64,000 nt of DNA from Piromyces finnis finn (GCA_002104945.1 MCFH01000060.1:62001-126000), one strand, 5' to 3'. Positions 27,175-40,285 are shown, counted from the stretch's first letter. Numbers and translations are program-made. Notes: a model not told the origin generated them from the letters alone.

Positions 27175-30100
27175 TTGGAAGAAATAAACCATCTCTTAGA
27201 TAAATTACACTTAAACGAAAACATGGAACGCCAAGGAGCGTCCTTGAGGATAGTTAATGATCCTCCGGTTTTCACAGGCCGCAGACAAGAACTAGACGGG
27301 TTCTTGACTAGGGTTGAGCTAGCTATTGAAGCTAACCCTGATAGATTCGTTAATGATGAAGCGAGAGTCCGCTTCTTGATATCCTACTTTGTTAATAGAC
27401 CTTTAGAATGGGCCGCCCGTTTAAGACAAAATAACGACGCCGTTCTAAGGAACTATGATCAATTTATTACTGCCCTTCGTACCAATTTCGGGGATCCGAA
27501 TAATGATACGATTGTTGCAAATGGAAGACTTTGCAACATTAAACAAAGAAAATTTGGTAAGGTGTTCGAATACATTAACGAATTTCAACGCGTTAGCCAA
27601 AATTCGAATTTCAATGAAGCAGCAAAAATATACATGTTCACAAAAGGATTACATCCAAAAATGCGTGAACATTTAGCTGTAGTGAATCCAAATCCCTCTC
27701 AATTAGAGCGTCTTTATTCTGATGTCCTTAGTATTGAAAATCTTACTAAGAGAAATGATATCAGTGAATATTACATGACGCATCAAGACCGAAGAAATTA
27801 TAACCAAAATGATCCTATGGATGTGGACTTATATAGGATCAGTTTAGGTCAAAGAAAGGTTAATTACTTCCCTCCTCATAGAAGTAATTATGATGAAAAT
27901 AAAATAAATCGCACTGAGGCTAAGAAGAAGGGAGTTTGCTTTACTTGTGGAAAGTCTGGACACTTTCAATTCAATTGTCCAAACAAAAAGAAACCAAAAA
28001 ATGTAAAAATTATCAAGAGATGCTATTCAGAAGACGAAGCTAGCCCTTCAATCAAGAAAATTAAAAAGGATAATCTTAATTCCAAGGGAACTTCAAACAT
28101 ATTCGAAATTCATAAAGGTGAAAAGAAAAATATCATTGATTTTTATATCAAAACCAATGATATTGATGAAGTCAAGGCTAAGGTACTTATTGATTCTGGT
28201 TCCGATCTTAATTTCATCCACCCCGAGTTCGCCCGAGTCAATAATATTAAACTTTCAAATATTGCTGAATCTTTCAAGGTTTCTGGTTTAGGGCAAGGTA
28301 CATCTACCGTGAAAAAGGAATCCGAAAAGTGCATCCTTCGTTTGAGAAATCATTACGAAATCATTCAATTATATGCACTTAGAATTCCTGAAGTTGATAT
28401 AATTCTTGGAGTACCTTGGATCGAGAAACATTGTCCGGTTTATTATCACGATTCCTCCAAAATTGCCTTTAGCTCCGGATACTGTGCTCGACACTGTAAT
28501 GTAGGTAAAAGGAAAAATAAGGGCACAATCAATAAGAATAGGGAATCTATGACATCATCAAGAAAAGGGAAAGAAGCTGTCTTGGATAGTGAAAACGAAC
28601 AATCCTATTGTAGTGACCTTGGTTCCCCCGAATATGACGAATCCTCTTATTGTGACTCCAGTGATGACGAGGAAACTGTTAATATTAGAGGTCGAAGAAC
28701 CTCTGTTAAAACCATTAGTAAATTAGATAGTTTGGATAAAATTAAATGTAGTAACAGTTTAAATAATAATAATGATAATAATTGTATTTTTAAATGTATA
28801 TGTAATGACATTAATTGTATTGATGAAAATTTAAATAAAGATAATAATTCGGTCACTGGACCAAAACAGTACTCATTTTCAAAAAACGTGTGTAATAATA
28901 ATAATTCTCGTGTATTAAATTCAGTTAGTAACTGTAATGATTTATTTTGTAATATTATTAATAAATGTAAAAGTGAAAGTGATAATTTGAATAAAGATAA
29001 AAAATCTATTGAAATTCCAAAACAATATTTATTATTTAAAGAGGTTTTTAATGAAAAGAATTGTAATATTTTACCTCCACATCGTGAATACGATTGTGAA
29101 ATCCGATTAAAGGATAATGCTAACTTGTTTTATGGTCCTCTTTATCCTTTAACTGAGGCAGAGAGAGATGAATTAAAAAATTATATCAATGAAAATTTAG
29201 AAAAAGGTTTCATTAGGAAATCTTCATCTCCTGCCGGTGCACCAGTTTTATTTGTCAAAAAGAAAGATGGATCATTAAGACTTTGCGTTGATTATAGGAA
29301 ACTTAATGACATGACAATTAGAAATTCATATCCTCTTCCGTTAATTGGTGACTTATTGGATAGAGTGAAAGGTGCAAAATACTTTACTAAGTTGGACTTA
29401 AAGTCTGCTTATAATTTAGTTAGAATCAAAGAGGGTGATGAATACAAAACTGCCTTTAGAACAAGATATGGGCATTTTGAATATCTCGTCATGCCTTTTG
29501 GTTTAAAGAATGCACCAGCTACGTTTCAACATTTCATAAATGATGTCCTTAGTGATTACTTAGATGATTTTGCTATATCATATATTGATGATATTCTAAT
29601 ATATTCAAATAGCCTAGAAGAACATCATGAACATGTTAAAAAAGTATTGAAAAAATTATTAGAAAATAATTTATATGTTAAGTTAGAGAAGTGTGAGTTT
29701 GATGTTTCAGAAACCACTTTCCTTGGTTATGTATTATCCAAAGATGGTCTGAAAATGGATAGAGATAAAGTTAAAGCTATCCTCGACTGGCCTGTTCCTA
29801 CAAACGTTAAAGAAGTTCAATCCTTTATTGGATTATGTAATTATTATAGAATTTTTATTAAAGACTTTGCGAAAATTGCTAGTCCTCTACACAAACTTAC
29901 TAGGAAAAATGTTCCTTTTAATTGGGTTTCTGAGTGTCAAAATGCATTTGTTACACTTAAAAAAGGCTTTTACTTCAGCTCCTATCTTAATGAACCCTGA
30001 TAGCAACAAACCTTTTATTGTTGAGACTGACGCTAGTAACTTTGCTGTCGGTGCAATTCTTTCACAAGAATTTGAAGGGCAATTGCACCCTATTGCTTTT

Positions 30101-32041
30101 ATTTCATCTAGCTTAACCAAGTCTCAAAGAAACTATCAAATTTATGATAAAGAGTTGCTCGCTATCAAAGTGGCTCTTGAAGAATGGAGGCATTATCTGG
30201 AAGGTGCAAAGCATTAGTTCATCATTTATACTGATCATAAGAATTTAACCTTTCCAAGAAAGCCTGAGATGCTCTCACAACGACAGATAAGATGGTATGA
30301 ATTTTTATCAAGATTTGATTTTAAGTTAATTTATAGAGCTGGAAAAAAGTCTGGTAAACCTGATTTGTTATCCAGACGTAGTGATCATATCTGTAATATT
30401 TATAATAATGATAGGATTAATGAAAATATTGAATGTAGTAATTTTAGTTGTAATTTTATTTCATGTAATGTAATTAATTCTTTTAATAAAGATGATTCTT
30501 TAATTAATTCTATTCTATGTTCCTTAAAAAATGATGATTTATATAATAAAGTTTGTGTATTTCTTAATGATAAAAATTCTTCGTCCCCTCCGATTAGGAA
30601 TATTAATAAAGTTAAAATTGATAAAGAAGGATTTTTACTTTATGATAATTTAATTTATGTTCCTTCTTCACTAAGAACTAGGGTCTTAGAATTACATCAT
30701 GATTCTATTTCTGCTGGTCACTTTGGTGTTAATAAAACTATTGAATTAATTAGTAGAAATTTTTGGTGGCCAAAGTTTAGTTATGATGTTAAAAAGTTTA
30801 TAAAGTCTTGTGAAACTTGTTGTAAAGCTAAAGTTCCAAGACATAAACCATATGGTTTGCTTTCTCCTCTTTCCACACCTAATAGAGCTTGGTCGGAATT
30901 GTCAATGGATTTTATTGTCGAGCTTCCTAAATCCAAAGACATGACTACCATTATGGTTATAGTAGATAGGTTAACAAAAATGGCTCATTTTATTCCTTTA
31001 AGATGTTTGCCTACTGCTTCTATAGCAGCTGATGTTTTTGTTAACAATATCTTTAAATTACATGGTTTTCCTGATTCCATCATTTCTGATCGAGGTACTC
31101 AATTTACCTCAGACTTTTGGAATCGTTTATGTAATTTGTTAAATATTAAACTTGCTTTTTCTACTGCAAACCATCCTGAAACTGATGGTCAAACGGAGAG
31201 GGTAAACGGGATATTGGAACAATATCTCCGTTGTTTTATTAACGAAAAACAGAATAATTGGGTTGACTTGTTACCTTTTGCTGAATTTGCTTATAACAAT
31301 ACTTTACAGCAATCAATCAACCAATCTCCGTTTTTCGCTAATTATGGGTTCAATCCAAAATTTAACCCTGAAATCCCTTCAGCGAATAGACCAAATAGAG
31401 TTGAACAAAGAATTTTGGATATTACTGAAAACATTAAATTTTTAAAAGTAAATCTTGATCAAGCAAAAGAAACCTACAAAAAGTATGCTGATCAAAAGAG
31501 AATGGAATCCCCAGATTTCGAAGTTGGTAAAAAAGTTTGGTTATTAAAAGGTATTAATCCTTCAAATAAAAATATCAAAAGAAAACTTGCTGATCAAATG
31601 CTTGGACCTTTTGAAATAATCAAGAAGGTAAGCCCTTTAGCATTTGAATTAAAACTACCAAACAATTTACGTTGCCACCCTGTTTTTCATGTTTCGTTAT
31701 TAGAACCTTATAACGAAAATGAATTTGTAAATAGATCAGTAATGAATAAAAGAAAAAATGTTAAGTTAACTACTGATACTATTGATAGGATTCCTGATAA
31801 GATTATTCAAGAAAGAAATTATCATGGAAAGAAATCTTTCTTGATGACATGGAAAAATCTTGACGAAAATACTTGGATCCCGGAAGATCAAATTACAGAT
31901 GTACAATTGATCCAAGAATTTTATAGAAAAAATAAAAAGTCTAGAAAAGAAAGTCAAGATCAAGTCTATACAAGGAATAACAATGGTATGATCAAACATA
32001 GATATCAACCATTTGTAATTGATATTCCTTCAAAGAAATGA
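27175..32041 (+). pseudogene. gag-pol: Disabled gag-pol of G (Gag CCHC, PR DSG, RT YIDD, RNase H, IN, chromodomain)
   Basis: Three ORF pieces. One extra A in the run at 29959-29964 shifts the frame, and an in-frame TAG at 30215-30217 falls where E2 has Pro (HPFIIY). Confidence 0.9.
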
Positions 32042-34658
32042 TCTCGCAGGAGCTCGACTTTAAAGGGCGAGATTGTAAAGATATAATATATATCTTTAAA
32101 TTATTTAATAATTAATTAATAATTATTAAATAATAATTTTGATATTTTTAATGAAAAATTATTTATAAAATTTATTATATAAATTTTAAGGAATAATTAA
32201 ATAAATATTAATTTTAAAATATCAAAATTGGAAATGAAATTTGGATAAATATTTAAATTAATGGATAATTAAATTTAAATATTTTAAATATTCAAATTAA
32301 ATCTTAAAAAGTTCTTATTTAATTAAAAATAGTTTAATAACTTTAGCGTAGTTTTAAATTAGTATTTTTTAATAGTAAATATATAATAAATAGTATTATT
32401 AATATTTAATTAATATATAGGTAATACATGGACTGTATTCAATTTGTAGTTTACTCAAATTGAATCAAAAGTGTATTTAATTAGTTTTAGTTTAGTTTTA
32501 TTATTTTATTATTTAATTAAATTAGTATTAAATTAGTTTTGTTTATTTTATATTGAATATATGTATAATTAAATAGAATAGTATATTAAAATATAATTTG
32601 TAAAAAATATAAATACATGTAAAATTTCATAGTTAAACGATGTAATTGTTATTGACTATAGTTTAGTTAATAACTAAATAAGAATAAATAAAAGAGGATA
32701 TAAATAAATTTTGTTTTGTTTTTAATTTTTTATTTTTAGTGTTTTTGTTTTATTGTAAAAAATTTTATAATCTGTTTTAAATTTTAAAATTTTTACATAA
32801 GGTCTATGAGGAGGTAACACTTCACAATTTTTTTCATTAAACACTTCACTAAATTCTAAATATTGGGTTGGTACGGCGACCAATTTATCTTTATTAATAT
32901 CTTTTCCATTATTATTATTATTACTACATGATTCGTTATCATTATTACATGTTTCATTAATTTTTGTTACAATACATTTAACTTTTTTATTAAAACTAAT
33001 ATATTCATCATCGCTATCATCTTCATCATTGATGGTTCTAACAAGGCGGCCTTTAACATATTCTTTTTCTTCATTGTTTGGGACAGAGGGATCTACTTTC
33101 GGCTTTTTGGTCAAGCTTCGGTCGAGAACATCATGATCTAACTGATCATTCTTTGACTTCTTTCTTGGTTTTCTCTTTCTTTTGCCTTTATTACAATGTC
33201 TGGCACAATAACCAGAACTAAAAGCGATTTTCTTAGAGTCGTAGAAAGCATTTGGATTATGCTTCTTTATCCACGGCAAACCAAGAATAACATCAACACC
33301 GGGGACTTGTAATCCATAAAGTTGAATTACTTCGAAGTGATTTTTGCAACGGAGCATGCACTTCTCAGTCCTTTCCCAAACACTAACAACTCCATCACTA
33401 ACACCAGATACACGGAATGGTTCTACTTTTTCCAAATTAATACCAAGGTCTTCAGCAAGACTTGGATTAATGAAATTTAATTCAGAACCGGAATCAATTA
33501 AAACCTTAATTTTAACTTCCGAAACTTCATTGGTACTCAAGTAAAAATCCACAAGGTTTAAATCACTTTTCACTCCCTTGACTCCAACTTTGTAAATTTT
33601 TGGATTAACAATTTTTGGAGTCCTTTCTTTAACAATTCTTAACACTTTTCTGGGCTTTACTCTATTAGGACAATTAAATTTTAAATGTCCCGGTTGTTTA
33701 CAAAGAAAACATAACCCTTTTTTCTTTTCTTCTTCAAAGTTATCTATGTTTTCATTGTAATTTTTACTTGATCCTTGGATATTCACATACCTTCTACGCT
33801 TGTTTTCTCTACTAATTCTAAATACATCCACATCCATAGGATCATCAGCCCTTCTACTATTAAAATAAAATTCACTAAGCGAATTCCTTTTCATCATATC
33901 TTCAACTAAAATAGTTGAAGAAATCAATTGTTCAATTGAAGTTGGGTTTGATTCAATGAAAGCCAACTTCTCCCTAAGTGGTGGTAATAAACCTTTCAGA
34001 AACATGTAGATTTTTGCGCTATCATTAAAGCTTGAATTTTGGCTAATACGTTGAAACTCGGTAATGTAATCTAATACCTGACCAAGTTTCCTTTGGCGAA
34101 GATTATCTAATTTTCCGTTAGCTACAACGGTATCGTATCTATAACTGCCAAAGTTAGCCTTCAACCTATCTACAAATTCATCATAATGGTTTAAAACCTC
34201 ACTATTATTCTTCATCAACACTGAAGCCCATTCCAAAGGTTTACCAGAAAAGTATGATATAACGAAGTCGACCTTGACTCGATCTGTATTATACAGTGTC
34301 GGTCGAGTACGAAATACCAACTCCACTCTAGTTAAAAATCCATCCAATTCTCTTTGTTTACCAGAAAATGTCGGTGGAGCATTAATAATGTTCCCCGAGT
34401 TCCCGGAAACACCCACATTCCTATCACCCATTTCTAAATTTAAATTTTCAAACTCACTAATTAAATCCTCCAATTCAAAATATAATATATAATATAAAAT
34501 TAAAATGGTTTCTTACTACTATTTCAAGTAATCTTAAATTTTTTTTTTTTTTTTTTTTAATTACACTACTACAATTTATCCTAATACAAAAGTTATTCAA
34601 ACGCGTTCTGCAAAGCAGTGTCGAACAAGTTTTGTATTACTAATTACTATTGGTTAAT

Positions 34659-34798
34659 TCTTCTTTCTTCTTGCACTCGGTGGTAGTTTCTAATTCTAAC
34701 CAGTAGTCAAAATTTCTTCTTTCTTCTTATTCGGCGGTAGTTTCCAATTCTAACCAGTAGTTAAAGTTCTTTCTTGCTTTTTGTACCCGGCGGTAGAT
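34659..34798 (-). repeat. About 55-bp tandem repeat x2.5 in the E1 leader
   Basis: cggYggtag blocks recur at 34678, 34732 and 34788. Confidence 0.8.
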
Positions 34799-35848
34799 AC
34801 CCTAACGTATTCTCTATCTTCGTTGGGTAATTGTTATTGTAAAGTCGACACAGAAAGAATAGATTAGGATATCTATTCTATTACAATAACACTAAATTTA
34901 AAATAAAAATAAAAAATTGTTTTATTAAAAATATCTTTTATTATAATAGAATTTTAATAATAACAATTACATCGATAAAATGATGAAAAATATCTTCTAT
35001 TTATATTTTTCCTAAATACATTTATATTATATTATAACTATTTATTTCTTATATATTATTATTTAAAATCTACACTAAAATCTTAATTATTAATAAATAT
35101 TTAAACTATAACTATTTTTAGTAAAATACAATTGGCAATTCAAATTAAGTACCATTTAATTTGAATATGTGCCCATGTATTATTGATATATTAATCATTT
35201 ATTATTTATCTATTTCTATAAAAAAACAATACTAAAACTAGGGATTTAAATTGAGAATATTAATTTACTTGTTAAACATTAAAAATAAATTAATAATTTA
35301 TTTTGTTTTAAACTTTAATTATTAATAAATAAATTATGTCTCATTTTCTTTTTCTGAATATAATTTGTGTAACTTAAACAATAATACTTGTGGCTTAAGT
35401 TACATTAAAGATATCAGAGGCGTTTGATATCTTTACACTAACTGAAGTGAAATCCGCAACAGTGATAATATTTGTATCTAAAAAAAATAAGAAAATAAAA
35501 TAAATGATTTTTATACTTGATCATTTTCAAGTATTAGTTTTATAAAATAAAGTTTATTTAATTATAAAATTATATCATTATTTAATAACTCTAGTATTAT
35601 TAAATAATTAAGAATTAATACATCTTGTATGTATCATAGAAGTTATATAAAAAAATATTGTTTTATTAAAATAAACATCTAATTTTTCTCTCTTGGATAA
35701 TTAGTAACCATTTATTAAATTTAATATAATATATCTAATTTTGACGGATTATTAAGAACATCTTTTAAAAAGAACATTTTCTATTACTATTTATACAAAA
35801 TTATTATTTTAAAGTATAATTATAAATAAATATAAACTATTTAATTTA

Positions 35849-35879
<31 letters not shown>

Positions 35880-36009
35880 TTTACATTTATAATTTTTAAT
35901 TTAATAATTTTATACATGTTAAATATTTTAATTTTTATCTGTATTTTAATTATTGTTATTATTATTATTATTAATTTATAATTTATAAATTTAATTATTT
36001 ATCATTTTG

Positions 36010-37385
36010 CGATAAAGATGTAGTAATTTTATTATAATATTTAATATTTATATTAAATAGTATAATACAATTACTTGTCGATAACTCAATATTAAAATTT
36101 AATATTAAATTATATGTATATGGAAAGAAATAATAAAAAATTAAATATGAAATTAAAAAAACTAGAACTTAACGAGTTTATTATAAGGATTTATAATAAA
36201 CAACAAAAAACACAAATGGGAAGAGGGATGAGAATAAAATGTATAATATAAGAATTATGTTTTATTAATAATATGATTTTTTATTAATTAATTTTTATTA
36301 AATAAAATTATTTGTTATTTATTATAATTAATTTTTCTTATAATAATAACTCTTGAATTCTAAAGAATTTCAAGAGTGTTTATTTATATTTTTATTAAAA
36401 AATAAGGTTAAATAAATGAGTTCTAATCTTAACAAATAAAATGTTTAGGAAAAGACTAGAAGAAAAACCTAAACAAGTTTTCAACCAATATTCTAATCAT
36501 ATTGGTTATCGTGTAAATTTTAAGTAAAACCAATTATTTGTAATAATAATCGGAAAAACCTTAAAATACCGATTTCCTAAAGTAAATCTGTGTTTAGATA
36601 TAACAGATAAATTAATTAGTAATATATAATTAAAGGGTAAAATTGCGGATTCTTTTATATAAATATTAATTAAAAATCAAATGAACAAATTATTATTTAA
36701 TTAAATAAATTAAATAAATTATATAAATATATGAAATATATTTAACTAAATAAATTAAATAAAATATCTGAATGTATATATTATATTTAACTAAATAAAT
36801 TAAATAAATAATTTAAGTGTATAAAATATTATTAACTAAATTATTAAACTAATAAGAAATATTAATTATTTAGATTGAAATAATTATTATTTCTTACAAA
36901 AGAATGAAATTTATAAATAATGAATTAATAGAATAGCTGATTTTAAAATTATATAAACTTAATATAAATTAAAATAATAGTAAATAATCAAAATAATATA
37001 AAATATAAATGTTTAATTAAATTTTAAAAATGTAAAATATAAACAACTTTTGTTTATAAACAAACTTAAATGTAATTATTTATTATAAATAGAAATAGAA
37101 AATATTATTTTTAAAGATTGTTACTAATTAGCCAGGAAAATTAGAATATTTTAAAACTATAATAAATTAATATATTTTTTTTATAATACATCGAGATGTA
37201 TTATACATTTATTTTAAATAAATAAACTAATATTATAAAACAAGATGTGTTTTTAAAACTTTAAATTATATTTAATAATTATATAAACTTGTAGAATGAG
37301 CAAGTAAAAATAAATCATTCAATTACACACAAATATACCACTTTCTAAGCTTATTTAAAATTAAGGTATATTTGAACGAGTGTCG
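36010..37385 (-). mobile_element. Solo LTR J3 (CG...CG termini), interrupted by O2
   Basis: Homologous to J1, 4-bp TSD TTTG. Confidence 0.75.
36019..36898 (-). mobile_element. Solo LTR O2
   Basis: TGTAG...CTTACA termini and a 5-bp TSD AAAGA. Confidence 0.8.
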
Positions 37386-37387
37386 TT

Positions 37388-37929
37388 TGTCAAAAAGCGA
37401 TTTTTTATTAAAGAAAAGTGTAGTAAGCACACTAGTTATATTAAATAACAAATATAATACGCTTTCCTATTGAAGGCGTAAAGTTAATAATATTTATATA
37501 AAGAAAATTAAATAATATTTTTATTTTAGCAATAACTTAATATCAGCATATATTAAATTATTAAAAATATTAAAATTTTTAAAGTTTTAGGTTTTATAGG
37601 AGTTTATAAATTTTATTAACTTTAAGTTAAAAAATTACTAACGCTAAAGCTTCGTAATTTTTGTCAATTTTTGTTCTTTTTATACATGAACAATTTTAAT
37701 TATTACATTTTTTAATTTTAATTAATTATTGTTTAATTATAAAATATTTAATTTTTATAAACTAATAATTAATATAATTATTGTAAAGAGTTAATAAATT
37801 TAAAATAAAATTTTTAATAATAAAATTTTAAAAAAAATTTAATAATTTCAAAGATTAGAAATTTTATACTTTGAAATTTTTTAATAAAAATTTAAAAAAT
37901 AAATTTTTTCCATATATGTTATTGTGACT
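37388..37929. mobile_element. Solo LTR D3 (internal deletion near the right end)
   Basis: Homologous to D1 but without the B insertion. Confidence 0.7.
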
Positions 37930-38142
37930 TTCTACTATAAAACTATAATATATATACAAATATATACATATAAACTATTATAAAATAATAATATATAAGA
38001 AGTTATTATAAGATTTTGTTTATAAACCATATTTAAAAAAGTATATAAAATTTAAGGACATAGTATTAAATTTTAAAAGAAGTAATATGTAGGTATTTTA
38101 AATTTATTTTTAACAAAAATTAAATGATGTTTAAAAATTAAA

Positions 38143-38216
38143 CACTCACGGCGGGACTCGAACCCGCAATCTTCAGATTAGAAGTCTGACGCCCTATCCA
38201 ATTAGGCTACGCGAGC
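38143..38216 (-). tRNA. tR(UCU): tRNA-Arg, anticodon TCT (copy 2)
   Basis: Identical to copy 1. Confidence 0.97.
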
Positions 38217-38283
38217 CACTTTCGGTTTTTTGGGTGTAATAATTATATTATATTTATTATATAATAATAATTATTAGCTTTAA

Positions 38284-39558
38284 TGTCACGAATACTAGTG
38301 AAATTACAATTTCAAGATCACTTGGAATTGTGAAATCACTTATGAAAATTCAAAATCAACAAATAGTTTATTTTCAAATAAATTATAAAATTTTATTAAG
38401 AAATATTTAAAAATTTAGGAAAGGTTAAAATATGACCTTAACCCTTAATAATTTTTATAATAAATAACTTTAACCCTTATCGTTAAAATGGAATAAGAAA
38501 AAACACGCGTATCTCCTCAACGAATGACGATTTTTGAATAAAAATGTTTTGGTTATAATTACGTTCGTTAGAAAGCCACGCTCGAGACAAACAACATATC
38601 TTAAAATCAGGTCAATATCTCTGCTGGTTCACGAGATATTCCAATTTAAAGATATTTTGTTAGCAATGATTAATTGTTTATTCAGAGAATGATCACCCCT
38701 GATATATCAAACATAAATCATTCACTCAAAGTATAAAAATTATTGTTTAATTAAATTAAAATTATTTTCCGGAACTAATTAACTTTATTTTATAATAATT
38801 ATTTCAATAACATAATTTATAATCTTTGAACTAGAGGATTATAATTATTAATATTATATTCAATGAATTATATTATAATTAAGAAATAATTAATATTATG
38901 AACATTATAAACAATAGTTATTTTTTAATAATTAGGAATAAGTCTTAAGTTTAGTTTAAGTATTATAAAATATATTATGAATATAATCATGTATTGAAAA
39001 GTTATTTTATTATTAAATGTAAAATTACAAATAGTATAAATAGTTTAGAATAGTTATGAAATTAAAATCTTTGTAAAGATTATTAACTATAAATTATTAA
39101 CTATAAATTGTTAACTATAAATTATTAACTATAAATTGTTAACTATAAATTATTAACTATAAATTGTTAACTATAAATTATTAACTATAAATTGTTAACT
39201 ATAAATTATTAACTATGAATTATTAACTATAAATTATTAACTATGAATTATTAACTATAGATTATTAACTATGAATTATTAACTATAGATTATTAACTAG
39301 AAATTATTAACTATTAATAATAATTAATACTTAATGAGTATTACTACTAAATAATCTTATTATTATATTTTAGCAATATATTATTAAATAAAATAAAAGA
39401 AATTATTTTAACCATAATATATAATTTAATTATTCATTTATAAATCAATTAAGATTATTTTAATAAAACATTTTTTTTTTTCTAACCTAGTTATCTTTTA
39501 ACCTTTTATTTAATTTGATATTTTAATATTAAATTATAAGTTTAGTAAAACTTTTACA
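38284..39558 (+). mobile_element. Solo LTR, family C (C1), 67 nt upstream of tRNA copy 2
   Basis: TGTCACG...TTTTACA termini, TSD TTTAA, inverse copy C2. Confidence 0.85.
39077..39313. repeat. 14-bp tandem repeat (aaattattaactat and variants), about 17 copies, inside C1
   Basis: Direct reading. The array is absent from C2. Confidence 0.9.
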
Positions 39559-40285
39559 TTTAAATTAATAATATAAACTATTATTAAAATGTGAAAATAA
39601 AGGTAAAATTAGAAACTTAACTTAATGAGTTTATTATAAGAAATTATAATAAACAAAACCAAATGTATCAGAATTATTTTGTGTATTTAATAGTTTTTTT
39701 AATATTTATTTTATTACTTATTATTTTGTATAAAGTTATTTATTATAATTAATCTTATAATAATAACTCTTGATTTCTCAAATCGAACTCAAGAGTACTA
39801 TTTATATGTTTTATTCTATTAAATTAAAATTTCTAAGAACATTCTAATCTTAACAAGAATCTTTTTAGGAAAAGACTAGAAGAAAAACCTAAAAAGTTAT
39901 TTGATTGATATTCTAATCATACCAATCATCGTAATATTAAGTAAAACCGTTGATAACGGGTAAAACCTTAATATCCGATTTCCTATTACATACTAATATA
40001 TAGTTGTATAATATTATTAATGTAATTAGTATGTGTTTTATCTTTTATAATACAAGTATATATATAAATGAATGTATAAATACATAATTAAATAAATTAA
40101 TTAATCTAATATAGCGAATGAATAATTATTAACTAAATAAATATTTACAATATTTAACTTAACAAATAACTATAATAATAAATAAATATATTAATATAAT
40201 CTAATGGATTAATGATTATTAACTAAATAAATTATTTGTAATGTTTAATACTAAGAATAAATAATAAGTATTTATTCTTACATTG

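Larger units (their letters stand above)
25942..32797 (+). mobile_element. Full-length Ty3/Gypsy chromovirus G nested in E1 pol
   Basis: 724-bp LTRs at 25942-26665 and 32074-32797 with no differences spotted, TSD TAAGG, PPT-like AAAGGGCGAGA at 32062-32072. Confidence 0.95.
23019..34473 (-). pseudogene. gag-pol: Disabled gag-pol of E1 (Gag with CCHC, PR DSG, RT YIDD, RNase H, IN, chromodomain)
   Basis: Split by G at 25942-32797. Has one extra G near 23581 (frameshift relative to E2, in a G run) and substitutions PFGL>SFGL and FLGY>FLDY. Confidence 0.9.
22383..35437 (-). mobile_element. Full-length Ty3/Gypsy chromovirus E1 (about 6.2 kb), disrupted by nested G
   Basis: 600-bp LTRs at 22383-22982 and 34838-35437, TGTAAAG/CTTTACA termini, TSD CTAAC, PPT at 22983-22994. 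Confidence 0.95.
21777..35461 (+). mobile_element. Solo LTR, family T, split by E1 (pieces 21777-22382 and 35438-35461)
   Basis: TGTCACG...GCAACA termini and a 5-bp TSD GTGAT. The first about 17 nt resemble family C. Confidence 0.75.
21725..36004 (+). mobile_element. Solo LTR A' split by nested T > E1 > G (A pieces 21725-21776 and 35462-36004)
   Basis: The two pieces join into a complete A LTR across TSD GTGAT. Confidence 0.8.
38235..40282 (-). mobile_element. Solo LTR O3, 18 nt upstream of tRNA copy 2, interrupted by C1
   Basis: TGTAATAATT...CTTACA termini, near-TSD TTGGG/TTGTG, contains the O-family core block. Confidence 0.7.

Noticed and set aside
9954-38223. Prophage or integrative element with attL/attR at the tRNA
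   Set aside because: No recombinase or viral genes. The intervening DNA resolves into many separate LTR insertions with their own TSDs.
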